Source of the DNA: Synechococcus sp.
Lineage (GTDB): Bacteria; Cyanobacteriota; Cyanobacteriia; PCC-6307; Cyanobiaceae
NCBI GenBank assembly: GCA_047284725.1
Contig: JBJBEO010000001.1
Coordinates: 1,272,203-1,336,202 of the forward strand
Length of the DNA stretch: 64,000 nucleotides
Direction: 5' to 3'
The first letter of the stretch is position 1, and the number at the start of each line of letters is the position of its first letter. Below, one piece after another: positions 39,393-50,172 of the stretch. Position numbers and translations under genes: made by a program. The notes below the pieces were generated by a model that worked only from the letters and a program-made list of their open reading frames with translations, was not told the DNA's origin and did not search any database.

Positions 39393-40448
39393 GTGACATC
39401 GGCACGTGAGGTGGAGTCTTCCAGCAACTCACTCCAAGTCGAGCCGCTGAAAGCCGCTCACCTCTCCTGTCTAAAGGCGACAGATCAGAGCATTCATCTG
39501 CCACAGCTGCAGGCCCTGCTCCTCCAGGGTTGGTTGGGTCAGGCGGAAGCTCTTGTGCCTGGACTGATGAATCCAAGCAAGCCCCTGACGCTCGTCGCCA
39601 GAGAGGACCACTGCCTTCTCATCCTTTTGGTGATGCGCCCTCACAACCGTCAGGGCAGCTGCTGGCGCATGGATGTGCAGCCACTCAACAGATCTGACAC
39701 GATCAGCCAGGGTCACCTGCTTCGTGAGATGTTCAAGCAGGCCCTGCTGCAACCGCACGTCCGTTCCTGCAGCTGGGTTGTGCGCTGCAGCACCAGCGAC
39801 TCCATCCAGCTCTCTGTTCTGAGGGAACTGGGCTTTCAGCCCATTCGAACCCTCTGCCGCTGGCGCCCCGCAGAGGCTTCAGAGGTTCCCCCCGGCCAGC
39901 GCATTGCACGGCCAGAGGGAAGCCGCTGGGTTGCTCTCGATCGACATACAGCGCCAATGCTCTGGCCTCTCGATCAGGCATCCACCAGCAATCTTCAGCG
40001 TCAAATCGTTGATCGTCAGCCGATGGATCTGTTGGATCAAGCCGGAGCTGGCAGCGGCGTGTTGGTCGCATCAGGAGCTCGGGGGGAAGTGGCCATCGCA
40101 GGCCTGAAACGGCAGCAGCGCAGCGACAACGATCAGGTACTGGAAGTGCTGCGGGAGCCAGCGTGGGATGCGCGACTCAATCAGGCCCTTCCCTGGATGC
40201 TCACCAAGGCTGCAGCCGACCAACCCCAAGCCACCTTTGCCTGCAACTGCGAAGACGCAGAGCTGAAAGCGTCATTGGACAGCCAAGGATGGAACCGCGT
40301 TGATGATGAACTGCTTCTTGGCCGCAGTCTCTGGCGTCGTCAGAGCAATGTCCGGCGCCTGCAGGCCACCCGTCCGCTGGAAGCGATGCTCGGGCGATTG
40401 CAGCCTCAGCAACCGCCCCTTCCCACGCCTTCACTGGGCGACCGCTGA
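39393..40448 (+). CDS. Hypothetical protein, degenerate GNAT-like
   Basis: P.NR.GSCW, LRELGFQP, LLGRSLWRR. Confidence 0.7.
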   Translation: MTSAREVESSSNSLQVEPLKAAHLSCLKATDQSIHLPQLQALLLQGWLGQAEALVPGLMNPSKPLTLVAREDHCLLILLVMRPHNRQGSCWRMDVQPLNRSDTISQGHLLREMFKQALLQPHVRSCSWVVRCSTSDSIQLSVLRELGFQPIRTLCRWRPAEASEVPPGQRIARPEGSRWVALDRHTAPMLWPLDQASTSNLQRQIVDRQPMDLLDQAGAGSGVLVASGARGEVAIAGLKRQQRSDNDQVLEVLREPAWDARLNQALPWMLTKAAADQPQATFACNCEDAELKASLDSQGWNRVDDELLLGRSLWRRQSNVRRLQATRPLEAMLGRLQPQQPPLPTPSLGDR

Positions 40449-40450
40449 GA

Positions 40451-40948
40451 TTGTTTGACGTCATGGGCCTTTCAGCCCCCAAACCCCGTTCCGTGCTCAG
40501 CCTCGATGTGGGGCGTCGGCGCATTGGCCTTGCAGGCTGCGATCCACTGGGAATCAGCGTGAAGCCACTCCCAGCACTGAGGCGAAGTCGCTTCGAACAG
40601 GATCTCCAACAGCTTCAACCACTGTGTCTGCAAAGGAGAGTCGAGGCCCTTGTCGTTGGCCTACCCCTCGATCAGGGGGGACAACCGACTGAACAGGCCG
40701 AGCACTGCCGCCGTTACGGCGTTCGTCTGGCCCAAAGGCTTGGATTACCGATCGCCTGGGTGAATGAGCACAGCAGCAGCTGGGCTGCAGCAGAACAGCA
40801 CCATCTGCATGGAGACAGAAGCGGACGCCTCGACAGTGAAGCTGCAGCGCTTCTGCTGGACCAGTGGTTGAACGAGGGCCCCGAACCCGAACCGGTCCCT
40901 TCTTCGGCCCCACGGCATGGCACGGGGCCCGGCGATGCAGGATCCTGA
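40451..40948 (+). CDS. ruvX: YqgF/RuvX pre-16S rRNA nuclease
   Basis: LSLDVGRRRIGLA, LVVGLP, VNEHSSS, DSEAAALLL. Confidence 0.92.
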   Translation: MFDVMGLSAPKPRSVLSLDVGRRRIGLAGCDPLGISVKPLPALRRSRFEQDLQQLQPLCLQRRVEALVVGLPLDQGGQPTEQAEHCRRYGVRLAQRLGLPIAWVNEHSSSWAAAEQHHLHGDRSGRLDSEAAALLLDQWLNEGPEPEPVPSSAPRHGTGPGDAGS

Positions 40949-40967
40949 AGCAACAGACGTATCACCC

Positions 40968-41513
40968 ATGAACGCCAGCGGCCCCGGCAACAGCGGAGAG
41001 GTCCCCACCGTGTTGGTGAAGGACAGCACGGGCAGGGATCTGTTGTGCTTCCTCGAGCAGCTGATTCCCCTTGACGGAAGCGATTACGCCCTTCTGACAC
41101 CAGTGGATACTCCGGTGTGCCTGTTCCGGCTCAAGGATGGAAGCGATCCTGAGCTCATTGATGCGATCAGCAACAGCGAACCGATCCTCTCCGTCGCCGA
41201 TGTCGTGCTCCAGGAGCACGAGCTCACCTTGGTGCGCTCTGCCGTCACGCTCACCGTGAGCGGAGAGCTGGATGAACCTGAGCCTGACGATCTCGAAGAC
41301 GAAGACGGCGATGACGACGACGCTGAAACCTATGAACTCCTTGTGAGCTTCCTCGTGGAAGAGCAGGAATACGGCCTCTACATTCCCCTGGATCCATTCT
41401 TCGTGGTGGCGCGCATGGATGAGGCAGGTGCTGTTCTTGTGGAGGGTGAAGACTTCGATCGGATTCAACCCAGAATTGAGGCTGAACTGGAAGAGCGTGA
41501 GCTTCTCGAGTGA
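40968..41513 (+). CDS. DUF3727 domain protein
   Basis: YALLTPVDTPV, LVRSAVTLTV, YGLYIPLDP. Confidence 0.88.
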   Translation: MNASGPGNSGEVPTVLVKDSTGRDLLCFLEQLIPLDGSDYALLTPVDTPVCLFRLKDGSDPELIDAISNSEPILSVADVVLQEHELTLVRSAVTLTVSGELDEPEPDDLEDEDGDDDDAETYELLVSFLVEEQEYGLYIPLDPFFVVARMDEAGAVLVEGEDFDRIQPRIEAELEERELLE

Positions 41514-42022
41514 TGCGGCGTCAGTGGCTTCAACCCGACTGGGATCCTGGACTGACTGTTGTGCAGCTGCCGCTTGAGCATCTGCTCGACCGCGGCATCA
41601 CCAGTCTTCTGCTCGATGTTGACCGGACGCTTTTGCCTGGTCATGACGTGCGTCTCCCTGATGCGGTGATGGGGTGGGCAGCGGCCGCTCAGCGCCATCT
41701 GCGACTGCATCTCTTCAGCAACAACCCTTCCCGTCAGCGCATTCAGGCTGTGGCCGATCAACTGGGGGTGAGCTTCACCAGCGGAGCAGCGAAACCGCGC
41801 CGCGCTGCGTTGCGACGCGTTCTCCAGGAGTTGCACGTGCAACCGGACGAACTGGCGATCGTCGGTGACAGACTCTTCACCGACGTGCTGGCGGGGAATC
41901 GCCTCGGTCTTTATACGGTGCTGGTCAAACCGGTCAAGGCCGATGGCACCCCCTGCCCCCATGATCGGGTTCAGCGTCTTGAGCGACAACTGGCTCGACT
42001 GCTCGGGGGAGCAAGTCGATGA
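41510..42022 (+). CDS. YqeG-family HAD IIIA phosphatase
   Basis: LLDVDRTL, FSNN, AKP, VGDRLFTDVLAGNRLG. Confidence 0.93.
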   Translation: MMRRQWLQPDWDPGLTVVQLPLEHLLDRGITSLLLDVDRTLLPGHDVRLPDAVMGWAAAAQRHLRLHLFSNNPSRQRIQAVADQLGVSFTSGAAKPRRAALRRVLQELHVQPDELAIVGDRLFTDVLAGNRLGLYTVLVKPVKADGTPCPHDRVQRLERQLARLLGGASR

Positions 42023-43143
42023 CCCTGAGGGTGGTGAAGGTAGGCACCAGCCTGTTAAGGGGGCAGCCCGGTCAGACCACCGCTGACGTGATCGCACGCT
42101 TGGCCGCCGCGCTTGCCACCAGTCTTGATAGAGGAGACAAGGTTCTGCTGGTGAGTAGCGGTGCTGTCGGCCTGGGATGTCGCCGACTCGGACTCGATCA
42201 GAGGCCCGACAGCGTTGTGGCCCTTCAAGCAGCGGCTGCAGTGGGGCAGGGCCATCTGATGGCGCTCTACGAAAAGGCGATGGGACAACAGGGCTATGCC
42301 GTTGCCCAGGTTCTGCTTACCCGTTCAGAACTTTCCGATCGTCGGAGTTATCAGAGCGCTTCAGCCACCTTGCATCAGCTGCTCGATTGGAATGTGCTGC
42401 CGATCGTGAACGAAAACGATTCGGTGTCAGCTGCCGAACTGCGTTTTGGTGACAACGACACCCTGTCCGCTCTGCTGGCTGCAGCCGTGGGGGCCGACGA
42501 TCTGATTCTGCTCACCGACGTGGATCAGCTGTATTCCGCTGATCCACGTCTTGATGGTTCCGCCAAGCCGATCTCAGACGTCCACCATCCCGCCCAGTTG
42601 GCAGCTCTCGAAAAAGGTGCGGGCGATGGCGGTCGCTGGGGAACAGGAGGCATGACCACAAAACTGGCTGCAGCACGCATCGCCACAGCGAGCGGCATCA
42701 CCGTCCATCTTGCCGATGGTCGTCAGGAGCGCGTCTTGCATCAACTTCTCGAAGGTGGACGCGGCGGCACCGTGTTTCATCCCCATCCCGAACCCCTGGG
42801 CAACCGCAAAAGCTGGCTTGCCCATGCCCTGCAGCCCCAGGGCAGTCTCCATCTCGATCAGGGGGCCTGTGAGGCCCTGCAGCAGCGTGGGGCCTCTCTG
42901 TTACTGGTTGGCATTCGCAAGATCGAAGGAGACTTCGCTGCCAATCAACCCGTTCGACTGCTCGACCCAACAGGCACAGAAATCGCGCGGGGACTGAGTT
43001 CCATCAGCAGTGATCGTCTTGAAAGAACCGTCCTGGATGGGTCCTCACGTTCGCCAGACAGCTCTGCCGGTTCACCCGTTGTGATCAATCGCGACGTTCT
43101 CGTGATGACAGGCGCATCTACGATCCCGCCGCAGCAGACCTGA
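42019..43143 (+). CDS. proB: Glutamate 5-kinase
   Basis: VVKVGTSLL, VSSGAV, NENDSV, FGDNDTL, GTGGM.TK; PUA domain. Confidence 0.97.
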   Translation: MTLRVVKVGTSLLRGQPGQTTADVIARLAAALATSLDRGDKVLLVSSGAVGLGCRRLGLDQRPDSVVALQAAAAVGQGHLMALYEKAMGQQGYAVAQVLLTRSELSDRRSYQSASATLHQLLDWNVLPIVNENDSVSAAELRFGDNDTLSALLAAAVGADDLILLTDVDQLYSADPRLDGSAKPISDVHHPAQLAALEKGAGDGGRWGTGGMTTKLAAARIATASGITVHLADGRQERVLHQLLEGGRGGTVFHPHPEPLGNRKSWLAHALQPQGSLHLDQGACEALQQRGASLLLVGIRKIEGDFAANQPVRLLDPTGTEIARGLSSISSDRLERTVLDGSSRSPDSSAGSPVVINRDVLVMTGASTIPPQQT

Positions 43144-43146
43144 CCC

Positions 43147-44217
43147 ATGCGTTTCAGCCAGTTGATCGCCACCCTTCAGCAGGGGGAGGCCGGGCTGCAG
43201 GCCCATCACCTCGGATCCAATCCGGATCTCAGCGGTGCAGCGTCAATCGATCGAGCCAAAGCTGATCAGATCACGTTCCTGGAAAAAGGGAGTGCGTTGG
43301 CAGGTCAACTGGACACCTGTGCTGCGGGCGCTGTGTTGCTGCCCGACCAGGACGAGCTCAAGCAACTGGCTGAACAGCGTGGGCTGGCCTGGGCTGTCTT
43401 ACGCGACCCGAGACTCGGTTTCGCCGAGACCCTTGAGCAGTTGCACCCTGCCCCCAGGGCTACCGCTGGCATCCATCCCTCTGCGGTGATTGGTGAACGC
43501 GTTGAGCTGAGCCCTGGGGTGAGCATTGGCCCCCACGTCTGCGTCGCTGATGGCAGCAGGATTGGACCCAACACCGTGCTCCATCCCGGTGTGGTGATCT
43601 ACCCCGACGTGGATGTCGCTGAGGGGTGTGTCATTCATGCCAATGCGGTGCTGCATCCGGGCACACGCCTGCAGCGCCATTGTGTCGTGCATTCCGGGGC
43701 CGTGATCGGATCAGAAGGATTTGGCTTCGTCCCCACGGCAAAAGGGTGGCGCAAGATGCCGCAGACCGGACTTGTGGTGCTCGAAGAAGGGGTTGAAGTG
43801 GGATGTGGCAGCACGATTGATCGCCCCTCAGTGGGAGAAACACGCATCGGTGCCGGCACCAAGATTGACAACTTGGTGCAGATCGGCCATGGCGTGGAAA
43901 CAGGCAAAGGCTGTGCTCTGGCGTCTCAGGTTGGCATTGCTGGAGGGGCCAAGCTTGGCAATGGCGTGATTCTCGCCGGCCAAGTAGGCGTCGCGAACCG
44001 AGCTGAAATCGGAGACCGAGCCATCGCCAGCTCCAAGAGCGGAATCCACGGTGAAGTGGCTAGCGGAGAGGTTGTGAGTGGATACCCAGCCATTTCCAAT
44101 CGTCTCTGGCTTCGCTGCTCAGCTGCCTTTGCCAAACTCCCCGAACTGACCAAGCAGATCCGAGACCTGCGCAAAGAGCTGGCCAGCCTGCGTGCTGAGG
44201 CGCACCCCCCTCAGTAA
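43147..44217 (+). CDS. lpxD: UDP-3-O-(3-hydroxyacyl)glucosamine N-acyltransferase
   Basis: Hexapeptide repeats, [17 protein letters not shown]. Confidence 0.96.
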   Translation: MRFSQLIATLQQGEAGLQAHHLGSNPDLSGAASIDRAKADQITFLEKGSALAGQLDTCAAGAVLLPDQDELKQLAEQRGLAWAVLRDPRLGFAETLEQLHPAPRATAGIHPSAVIGERVELSPGVSIGPHVCVADGSRIGPNTVLHPGVVIYPDVDVAEGCVIHANAVLHPGTRLQRHCVVHSGAVIGSEGFGFVPTAKGWRKMPQTGLVVLEEGVEVGCGSTIDRPSVGETRIGAGTKIDNLVQIGHGVETGKGCALASQVGIAGGAKLGNGVILAGQVGVANRAEIGDRAIASSKSGIHGEVASGEVVSGYPAISNRLWLRCSAAFAKLPELTKQIRDLRKELASLRAEAHPPQ

Positions 44218-44251
44218 CCTCCCTGGTTGCACCTTCAGCCTCTGAGGATCC

Positions 44252-45331
44252 ATGCGCCAGCACCGCGTCGTTCTGTTGCCCGGCGATGGCATTGGGCCGG
44301 AAATCACTGCGGTGACACGGCGGATGCTGGAGGCGGTGAGTGCACGCCACGGATTCCAGCTCAGTTTCAACGAACAACCCATCGGTGGTGCTGCCATTGA
44401 TGCCACGGGGGAGCCTCTCCCGGCCAGCACCCTGGAGGCCTGTCAGCAGGCTGATGCGGTGCTGATGGCCGCCATCGGCAGCCCGCGCTTCGACAACCTG
44501 CCAAGGGACAAACGCCCGGAAACAGGATTGCTCAGCCTCCGCGCCGGCATGGAGCTGTTTGCCAACCTCAGGCCGGTGAAGATCGTGCCCGCCCTGATCG
44601 ATGCCAGCAGCCTCAGGCCTGAGGTGATTCAGGGAGTTGATCTGATGGTGGTGCGGGAACTGACCGGAGGCATCTACTTCGGCCAGCCGAAAGGTCGCGT
44701 CGAAGCCGACGGAGAGGAACGCGGGTTCAACACGATGACCTACTCCGCCAGTGAAGTTGATCGCATCGCCAAGGTCGCCTTTGAACTGGCCCAACAACGG
44801 CGGGGTCAGCTGTGCTCCGTTGACAAAGCCAATGTGCTCGATGTCAGCCAGCTCTGGCGCGATCGCGTCGATGCCCTGGCCCCGGAGTTCGCAGGGGTGG
44901 AGGTGAGCCATCTGTACGTCGACAATGCCGCCATGCAACTGGTGCGTTCACCGCGCCAGTTCGATGTGCTGCTCACCGGCAACCTCTTCGGCGACATCCT
45001 CAGTGATGAAGCCGCCATGCTCACCGGATCGATCGGCATGCTTCCATCAGCCTCACTGGGGGCAGGAGGACCAGGGCTGTTCGAACCGGTGCATGGATCC
45101 GCACCAGACATCGCTGGGCAAGACAAGGCCAACCCGATGGCGATGGTGTTGTCCGCCGCAATGATGCTTCGCATTGGCCTCAAGGAAGAGGCCGCAGCAA
45201 CATCCCTGGAGCGTTCCGTTGACCGGGTGCTGGCCGCAGGTTTCCGGACAGGCGATCTGATGGCTGAAGGCTGCACTCCTTTGGGCTGTGAAGCGATGGG
45301 TGCCGAGCTGATCAAATCACTCGGGGAGTAA
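44252..45331 (+). CDS. leuB: 3-isopropylmalate dehydrogenase
   Basis: LPGDGIGPE, RELTGGIYFG, VDKANVL, NLFGDILSD, EPVHGSAPDIAG. Confidence 0.97.
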   Translation: MRQHRVVLLPGDGIGPEITAVTRRMLEAVSARHGFQLSFNEQPIGGAAIDATGEPLPASTLEACQQADAVLMAAIGSPRFDNLPRDKRPETGLLSLRAGMELFANLRPVKIVPALIDASSLRPEVIQGVDLMVVRELTGGIYFGQPKGRVEADGEERGFNTMTYSASEVDRIAKVAFELAQQRRGQLCSVDKANVLDVSQLWRDRVDALAPEFAGVEVSHLYVDNAAMQLVRSPRQFDVLLTGNLFGDILSDEAAMLTGSIGMLPSASLGAGGPGLFEPVHGSAPDIAGQDKANPMAMVLSAAMMLRIGLKEEAAATSLERSVDRVLAAGFRTGDLMAEGCTPLGCEAMGAELIKSLGE

Positions 45332-45414
45332 CAGCCATTGCCGATGCCGGCCCCACGATGGGCAAATCCGGCAGGTGACCTGCCAAACTCGCTGGATTCT
45401 GTTCTCCTGCGTCG

Positions 45415-46317
45415 ATGTCGAAGCGCCACCCCGTAGTCGCCGTTACAGGCTCTTCCGGTGCCGGTACCAGCACCGTGAAACGGGCTTTCGAGCATATCTT
45501 CGCCCGCGAGAACATCACGCCTGCGGTGGTGGAGGGCGACAGCTACCACCGCTTCGAGCGCATGGCCATGAAAGAGGCCATGGCCGATGCGCTCGCCAAA
45601 GGTGAGAACTTTTCGCACTTCGGGCCTGAAGCCAACCTCTTCGACAAACTTGAAGAGCTCTTCCGCGTCTATGGCGAAACCGGTGGCGGCCAGAAGCGCT
45701 ACTACCTCCACAGCCCTGAAGAAGCTGCTGAGCACAATGCCCGCCTGGGTGTGAACCTCGAGCCCGGTCAGTTCACCCCCTGGGAATCGATTCCCTCAGG
45801 AACGGATGTGCTCTTCTACGAGGGCCTCCATGGTGGTGTGAAGGGCAACGATTATGACGTCGCCAGTCTGGCCGACCTCCTGGTTGGTGTGGTGCCCATC
45901 ACCAACCTGGAGTGGATTCAGAAGATCCACCGTGACAACGCAGAACGTGGCTATTCCGCCGAAGCAATCGTCGACACGATCCTGCGACGGATGCCTGATT
46001 ACATCAATCACATCTGCCCGCAGTTCAGCCGCACCGACATCAACTTCCAGCGTGTCCCGACCGTGGACACCTCCAACCCCTTCATCTGTCGGAACATTCC
46101 GACTCCGGATGAAAGCTTCGTGATTATCCACTTCCGCAAGGGTGCCCGTGAGAAATGGGGGATTGATTTCACCTATCTGCTCAACATGATTCACGACTCG
46201 TTCATGTCGAGCCCCACATCCATTGTGGTTAACGGTGGCAAGATGGGTTTTGCCATGGAGCTGATCCTGACACCGATCATCCACCGCATGATTGAGGAAA
46301 AGCAGAAGCTGGGCTGA
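45415..46317 (+). CDS. prkB: Phosphoribulokinase (proteobacterial/CbbP type)
   Basis: MSKRHPVVAVTGSSGAGT, EGDSYHR, YEGLHG, INFQRVPTVDTSNPF. Confidence 0.95.
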   Translation: MSKRHPVVAVTGSSGAGTSTVKRAFEHIFARENITPAVVEGDSYHRFERMAMKEAMADALAKGENFSHFGPEANLFDKLEELFRVYGETGGGQKRYYLHSPEEAAEHNARLGVNLEPGQFTPWESIPSGTDVLFYEGLHGGVKGNDYDVASLADLLVGVVPITNLEWIQKIHRDNAERGYSAEAIVDTILRRMPDYINHICPQFSRTDINFQRVPTVDTSNPFICRNIPTPDESFVIIHFRKGAREKWGIDFTYLLNMIHDSFMSSPTSIVVNGGKMGFAMELILTPIIHRMIEEKQKLG

Positions 46318-46396
46318 TTCAAGGTCACTGAAAACATCTATCGTGGGCGCATCTGAGGCATCAGGTGGGCCCATTTCTTTTTCCACCCCATCGTTT

Positions 46397-46666
46397 GTGA
46401 TCACTGGAGCGGCGGTGGCTTCCTCGCCTGCCCCCCGATGGGATCGTGTGAACAGCCAGGACTTGATTGCAAGGGCACGCTCGATCTATTTCCGTTACCT
46501 CAGTGATGCGAGTCGCGCCGCTGAACCAAGCGGTGTTGTCCTTTGCGCCAGCAGTGGGGAAGGTCGTGTGGTGTTTGAGTTGCCTACCCTCCTGCCGGAA
46601 GAAGAGTTTGTTGCCACCCAGTTCCTGAGGGTCAAGAGTCCACGCCGCAACGTGTCCCGCGGATGA
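46397..46666 (+). CDS. Conserved hypothetical protein
   Basis: GRVVFELPTLLPEEEFV; overlaps the pilD start by 4 nt; start uncertain. Confidence 0.65.
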   Translation: MITGAAVASSPAPRWDRVNSQDLIARARSIYFRYLSDASRAAEPSGVVLCASSGEGRVVFELPTLLPEEEFVATQFLRVKSPRRNVSRG

Positions 46667-47481
46667 TCCCCTTCGTTGTGCTCCTGGCACTATTCGGAGC
46701 CTGCATCGGCAGCTTTCTCAATGTGGTGGCATGGCGTTGGCCTCGTAGGCAGTCAGTTGTCTGGCCAGGCAGTCACTGCCCGAACTGCGGCCATGCCGTT
46801 CGATGGCACGACAACCTTCCAGTCTTTGGCTGGTTTCTGCTGCGAGGACGTTGCCGAGATTGCAACTGGAGGATTCCAGCGCGCTATCCGTTGGTGGAAC
46901 TGCTGACCGCAGGGCTCTGGCTCACCGCCATGACTGCCCTGGGACTGGGATCGACCACTCCGAAGCTGATCAATCTGACGGGAGGGGTGTTGTTGGTCAG
47001 CCTGTTGATGGTCCTCACACTGATTGATCTCGACCACCTCTGGTTGCCCGAACCGCTGTGTCGCCTGGGGGTGATCAGCGGTTGGGCCACGGTGACCTGG
47101 ATGGCAGCAACCTCCACGCCGTTTGCAGCCGAGCATTTGCTGGCCCACCTGCTCGCAGCCAGTGCCGGCTTGCTGATCCTTGAAGGCATCAGCGCCCTGG
47201 CCGAACGGATCCTCGGGCAACCAGCGCTCGGTCTCGGCGATGCGAAGCTAGCGGCCATGGGCGGAGCATGGTTAGGCCCCCTTGGTCTGGCAGCGGCCAT
47301 GATGCTGGCGGTGCTGGGAGGAGCCTTGATCGGGTCAGTCGCCCGATTGAGCGGACGACTCGGCCCAAGGGAACCCTTTCCATTCGGTCCCTTCATCGCT
47401 GCCGGCATCTGGCTGGTATGGCTGAAAGGAGCCTCCTGGTGGTGGCAGCTCTGGCTCAGCATGCTGGGGCAGAACAGCTGA
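46663..47481 (+). CDS. pilD: Type IV prepilin peptidase
   Basis: GSFLNVV..R, SHCPNC, GRCRDC, IDLDH, GLGDAKL, PFGPFI. Confidence 0.94.
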   Translation: MIPFVVLLALFGACIGSFLNVVAWRWPRRQSVVWPGSHCPNCGHAVRWHDNLPVFGWFLLRGRCRDCNWRIPARYPLVELLTAGLWLTAMTALGLGSTTPKLINLTGGVLLVSLLMVLTLIDLDHLWLPEPLCRLGVISGWATVTWMAATSTPFAAEHLLAHLLAASAGLLILEGISALAERILGQPALGLGDAKLAAMGGAWLGPLGLAAAMMLAVLGGALIGSVARLSGRLGPREPFPFGPFIAAGIWLVWLKGASWWWQLWLSMLGQNS

Positions 47482-47710
47482 GACGGCGGATCGTTCTGGA
47501 TTCAGTTCCTCAACGACGGCCAATTTCAGGGAATTACTTGTCAACCCGGACGGGTTTGAGCTCCAACAACTTGGATGATGGTGGACGCACCATCAGGTTG
47601 ATGGCTGGGTGATCGCATCGGGCAGTCGCAACCCAACCACCCCATGGCGAGCAAGCAGGGATTTCCTTGTACCCACTGCGATTAAGGTGTCCTGATCCAC
47701 ACCTGACTGG

Positions 47711-48589
47711 ATGAGTCTCTTCGACTGGTTTGCTGATCGCCGCAAGGATCAATTCGTCGGCAAGGTCTCCCAGGAACAGGACGAGGGCGATGGTCTGTGG
47801 AGTAAGTGCCCGGAGTGCGGAACGGTTGCCTACCGCAAGGACCTGGTTGCCAATGCCAACGTCTGCAGCCATTGCGGCCACCACAACCGCATTGACAGCA
47901 GCGAACGCATTGCCCTGATCGCTGATCCGGGAACATTCTCCGCGATGAACAGCGACCTTGAGCCCACCGACCCACTGGGCTTCAAGGATCGCCGCGCCTA
48001 TGCCGATCGACTGCGGGAAACCCAGGCAAAGACAGGCCTGAAGGATGCTGTGATCACAGGCTTCTGTCGAGTCGACACTTTGCCTCTGGCCTTGGCGGTG
48101 ATGGATTTCCGTTTCATGGGCGGCTCCATGGGATCCGTCGTGGGGGAGCGGATCACCCGCCTGGTGGAACAGGCCACAGACCGCAGGGTGCCTCTCTTGA
48201 TTGTGTGCGCCTCAGGTGGTGCACGCATGCAGGAGGGGATGCTCAGCCTGATGCAAATGGCCAAGATTTCTGGAGCTCTTGAACGCCATCGCGAGCAAGG
48301 TCTGCTCTACATGCCTCTGCTCACCCACCCCACAACCGGTGGGGTGACAGCCAGTTTCGCCATGCTGGGGGATTTGATTCTGGCTGAACCCAAGGCCCTG
48401 ATTGGCTTTGCCGGACGGCGGGTGATTGAGCAGACCCTGCGGGAGAAACTGCCTGAGAATTTCCAGACCGCCGAATATCTGCAGGAGCACGGCTTCGTTG
48501 ACACGATTGTGCCGCGTAACCAGTTGAAGACGACCCTCGCCAGCCTGCTGCGACTGCATGGAAGCAAGCCAGTGGGAGTCGCCGGCTGA
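47711..48589 (+). CDS. accD: Acetyl-CoA carboxylase carboxyltransferase beta subunit
   Basis: W.KCPEC...C..C zinc finger, [31 protein letters not shown]. Confidence 0.97.
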   Translation: MSLFDWFADRRKDQFVGKVSQEQDEGDGLWSKCPECGTVAYRKDLVANANVCSHCGHHNRIDSSERIALIADPGTFSAMNSDLEPTDPLGFKDRRAYADRLRETQAKTGLKDAVITGFCRVDTLPLALAVMDFRFMGGSMGSVVGERITRLVEQATDRRVPLLIVCASGGARMQEGMLSLMQMAKISGALERHREQGLLYMPLLTHPTTGGVTASFAMLGDLILAEPKALIGFAGRRVIEQTLREKLPENFQTAEYLQEHGFVDTIVPRNQLKTTLASLLRLHGSKPVGVAG

Positions 48590-48993
48590 TGCGTCGCTTC
48601 GCACAAAGCCTCGGCCTCTTCACGCTGGTCCTGACGTTCATGGTTCTGCTGCCCGTTCAGCTTCAGCCATGGGGCGGACTTGCGGCCGCGGGGCCGGTGG
48701 ACTGGCATGAGGTGGAGCCCACCGCCGATGGACGCCAATGGTGGGATGCCGGCAGCGTGCGGCGTGATCGTGATGGGTTCCTCAGTGTGCTCAGTCGCTA
48801 TACCCCTGAAACCGATGAAGACACCCCCACCCTCGGCACGCTGTTTGTGATGCAGGTGGATTGCGACCAGCGGTTGTTTCGCGATAAGCAAGTGAACGGT
48901 TTGCCTCGATGGCAGGCGCAGTGGGAACCTGCTGGCGGCGATGGCTTGATCGAGCGTGTGATCGATCAGGTCTGCCGAGCTGATCTGGCCTGA
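48589..48993 (+). CDS. Hypothetical exported protein
   Basis: Signal peptide, W.EV..T..GRQWWD.GS, two Cys. Confidence 0.75.
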   Translation: MRRFAQSLGLFTLVLTFMVLLPVQLQPWGGLAAAGPVDWHEVEPTADGRQWWDAGSVRRDRDGFLSVLSRYTPETDEDTPTLGTLFVMQVDCDQRLFRDKQVNGLPRWQAQWEPAGGDGLIERVIDQVCRADLA

Positions 48994-48996
48994 GTC

Positions 48997-50100
48997 ATGT
49001 ATCCACAGTCCTCCCGAACGCAACCCATCGGTGTCGCCGTGGCGGGCCTTGGGTTCGGGGAAGCCGTCCATCTGCCTGCGCTTGCGTCGAACCCTGACCT
49101 CAACGCAGTAGCCCTCTGGCATCCCCGCCAAGACAGGTTGGATCAGGCCTGCGCGACCCACAGCCTGCAAGGCACAACCGACTGGGATGTCCTGCTGGCC
49201 AACCCGGAGGTGGAGGCGGTGATCATCACGACTCCCCCGGCTCCCCGCTTTGACCTTGCACGTCGAGCCTTGGAAGCTGGCAAGCATCTTCTCTTGGAAA
49301 AACCTGTCGCCCTCGAAGCGGATCGAGTGGAAGAACTCCACCGGATCGCCATTGCCAAACGGCTCAGCGTGGCGGTTGATTTCGAATACCGTGCGGTTCC
49401 CCTGTTCATGCAGGCGGCACGACTTCTGCAGGCAGGAGCCATCGGCACCCCGTGGCTTGTGAAGTACGACTGGTTGATGAGCAGCCGAGCCAATGCCAGC
49501 CGTCCCTGGAGCTGGTACTCCGACCTCAGACAGGGCGGTGGCGTCATCGGTGCTCTTGGAACCCATGCCTTCGACACCCTGCATTGGCTGATTGGACCCG
49601 TGTGCGGGTTGCATGCGCTCCATCACACGGCGATTCAGCACAGACCGGATGCCAACGGTCAGCTTCAACCCGTCGATGCGGAAGATGTGGCTCTGATTCA
49701 GGCTCGGCTGCAATTGGCCGATGGGTCAGGCCTGGTGCCCGCACAGGTGAGTCTGGCCTCGGTCGCCCGCAATGGCCGTGGCTGCTGGCTGGAGGTGTAC
49801 GGCTCCGAGGGCAGCCTCACGCTGGGCAGCGACAACCAGAAGGATTACGTCCACGGCTTCAGCCTGTGCATCAGCCAGAACGGTGAGGCGCCGAGAGTGG
49901 TGCAAGCAGACGCCGATCTCAGCTTTGCAACCACCTGGAGCGATGGCCGGATTGCTCCTGTGGCCAGACTTCAGGGCTGGTGGGCCGACAGTATTCGCAC
50001 CGGACGGCCGATGATCCCGGGCTTGGCTGAAGGCTTTCTCAGCCAGAGAGCCTGCGATGAGGCCCAGGCTTCGCATCGAAGCTGGAAACGACCGGGATGA
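48997..50100 (+). CDS. Gfo/Idh/MocA family oxidoreductase
   Basis: GLGFG, HLLLEKP, DFEYR, GG..GALGTH.FD. Confidence 0.92.
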   Translation: MYPQSSRTQPIGVAVAGLGFGEAVHLPALASNPDLNAVALWHPRQDRLDQACATHSLQGTTDWDVLLANPEVEAVIITTPPAPRFDLARRALEAGKHLLLEKPVALEADRVEELHRIAIAKRLSVAVDFEYRAVPLFMQAARLLQAGAIGTPWLVKYDWLMSSRANASRPWSWYSDLRQGGGVIGALGTHAFDTLHWLIGPVCGLHALHHTAIQHRPDANGQLQPVDAEDVALIQARLQLADGSGLVPAQVSLASVARNGRGCWLEVYGSEGSLTLGSDNQKDYVHGFSLCISQNGEAPRVVQADADLSFATTWSDGRIAPVARLQGWWADSIRTGRPMIPGLAEGFLSQRACDEAQASHRSWKRPG

Positions 50101-50172
50101 TCGGCGTGATGCAAATCCGGTAGATTCGCCCGCATCCGTCTCCACGACGTTCACCCCCAGAGGATCTTCACC

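Noticed and set aside
47482..47710. 230-bp gap between pilD and accD as a possible small gene or ncRNA
   Set aside because: No convincing ORF or strong structure found by manual translation; likely the accD promoter region
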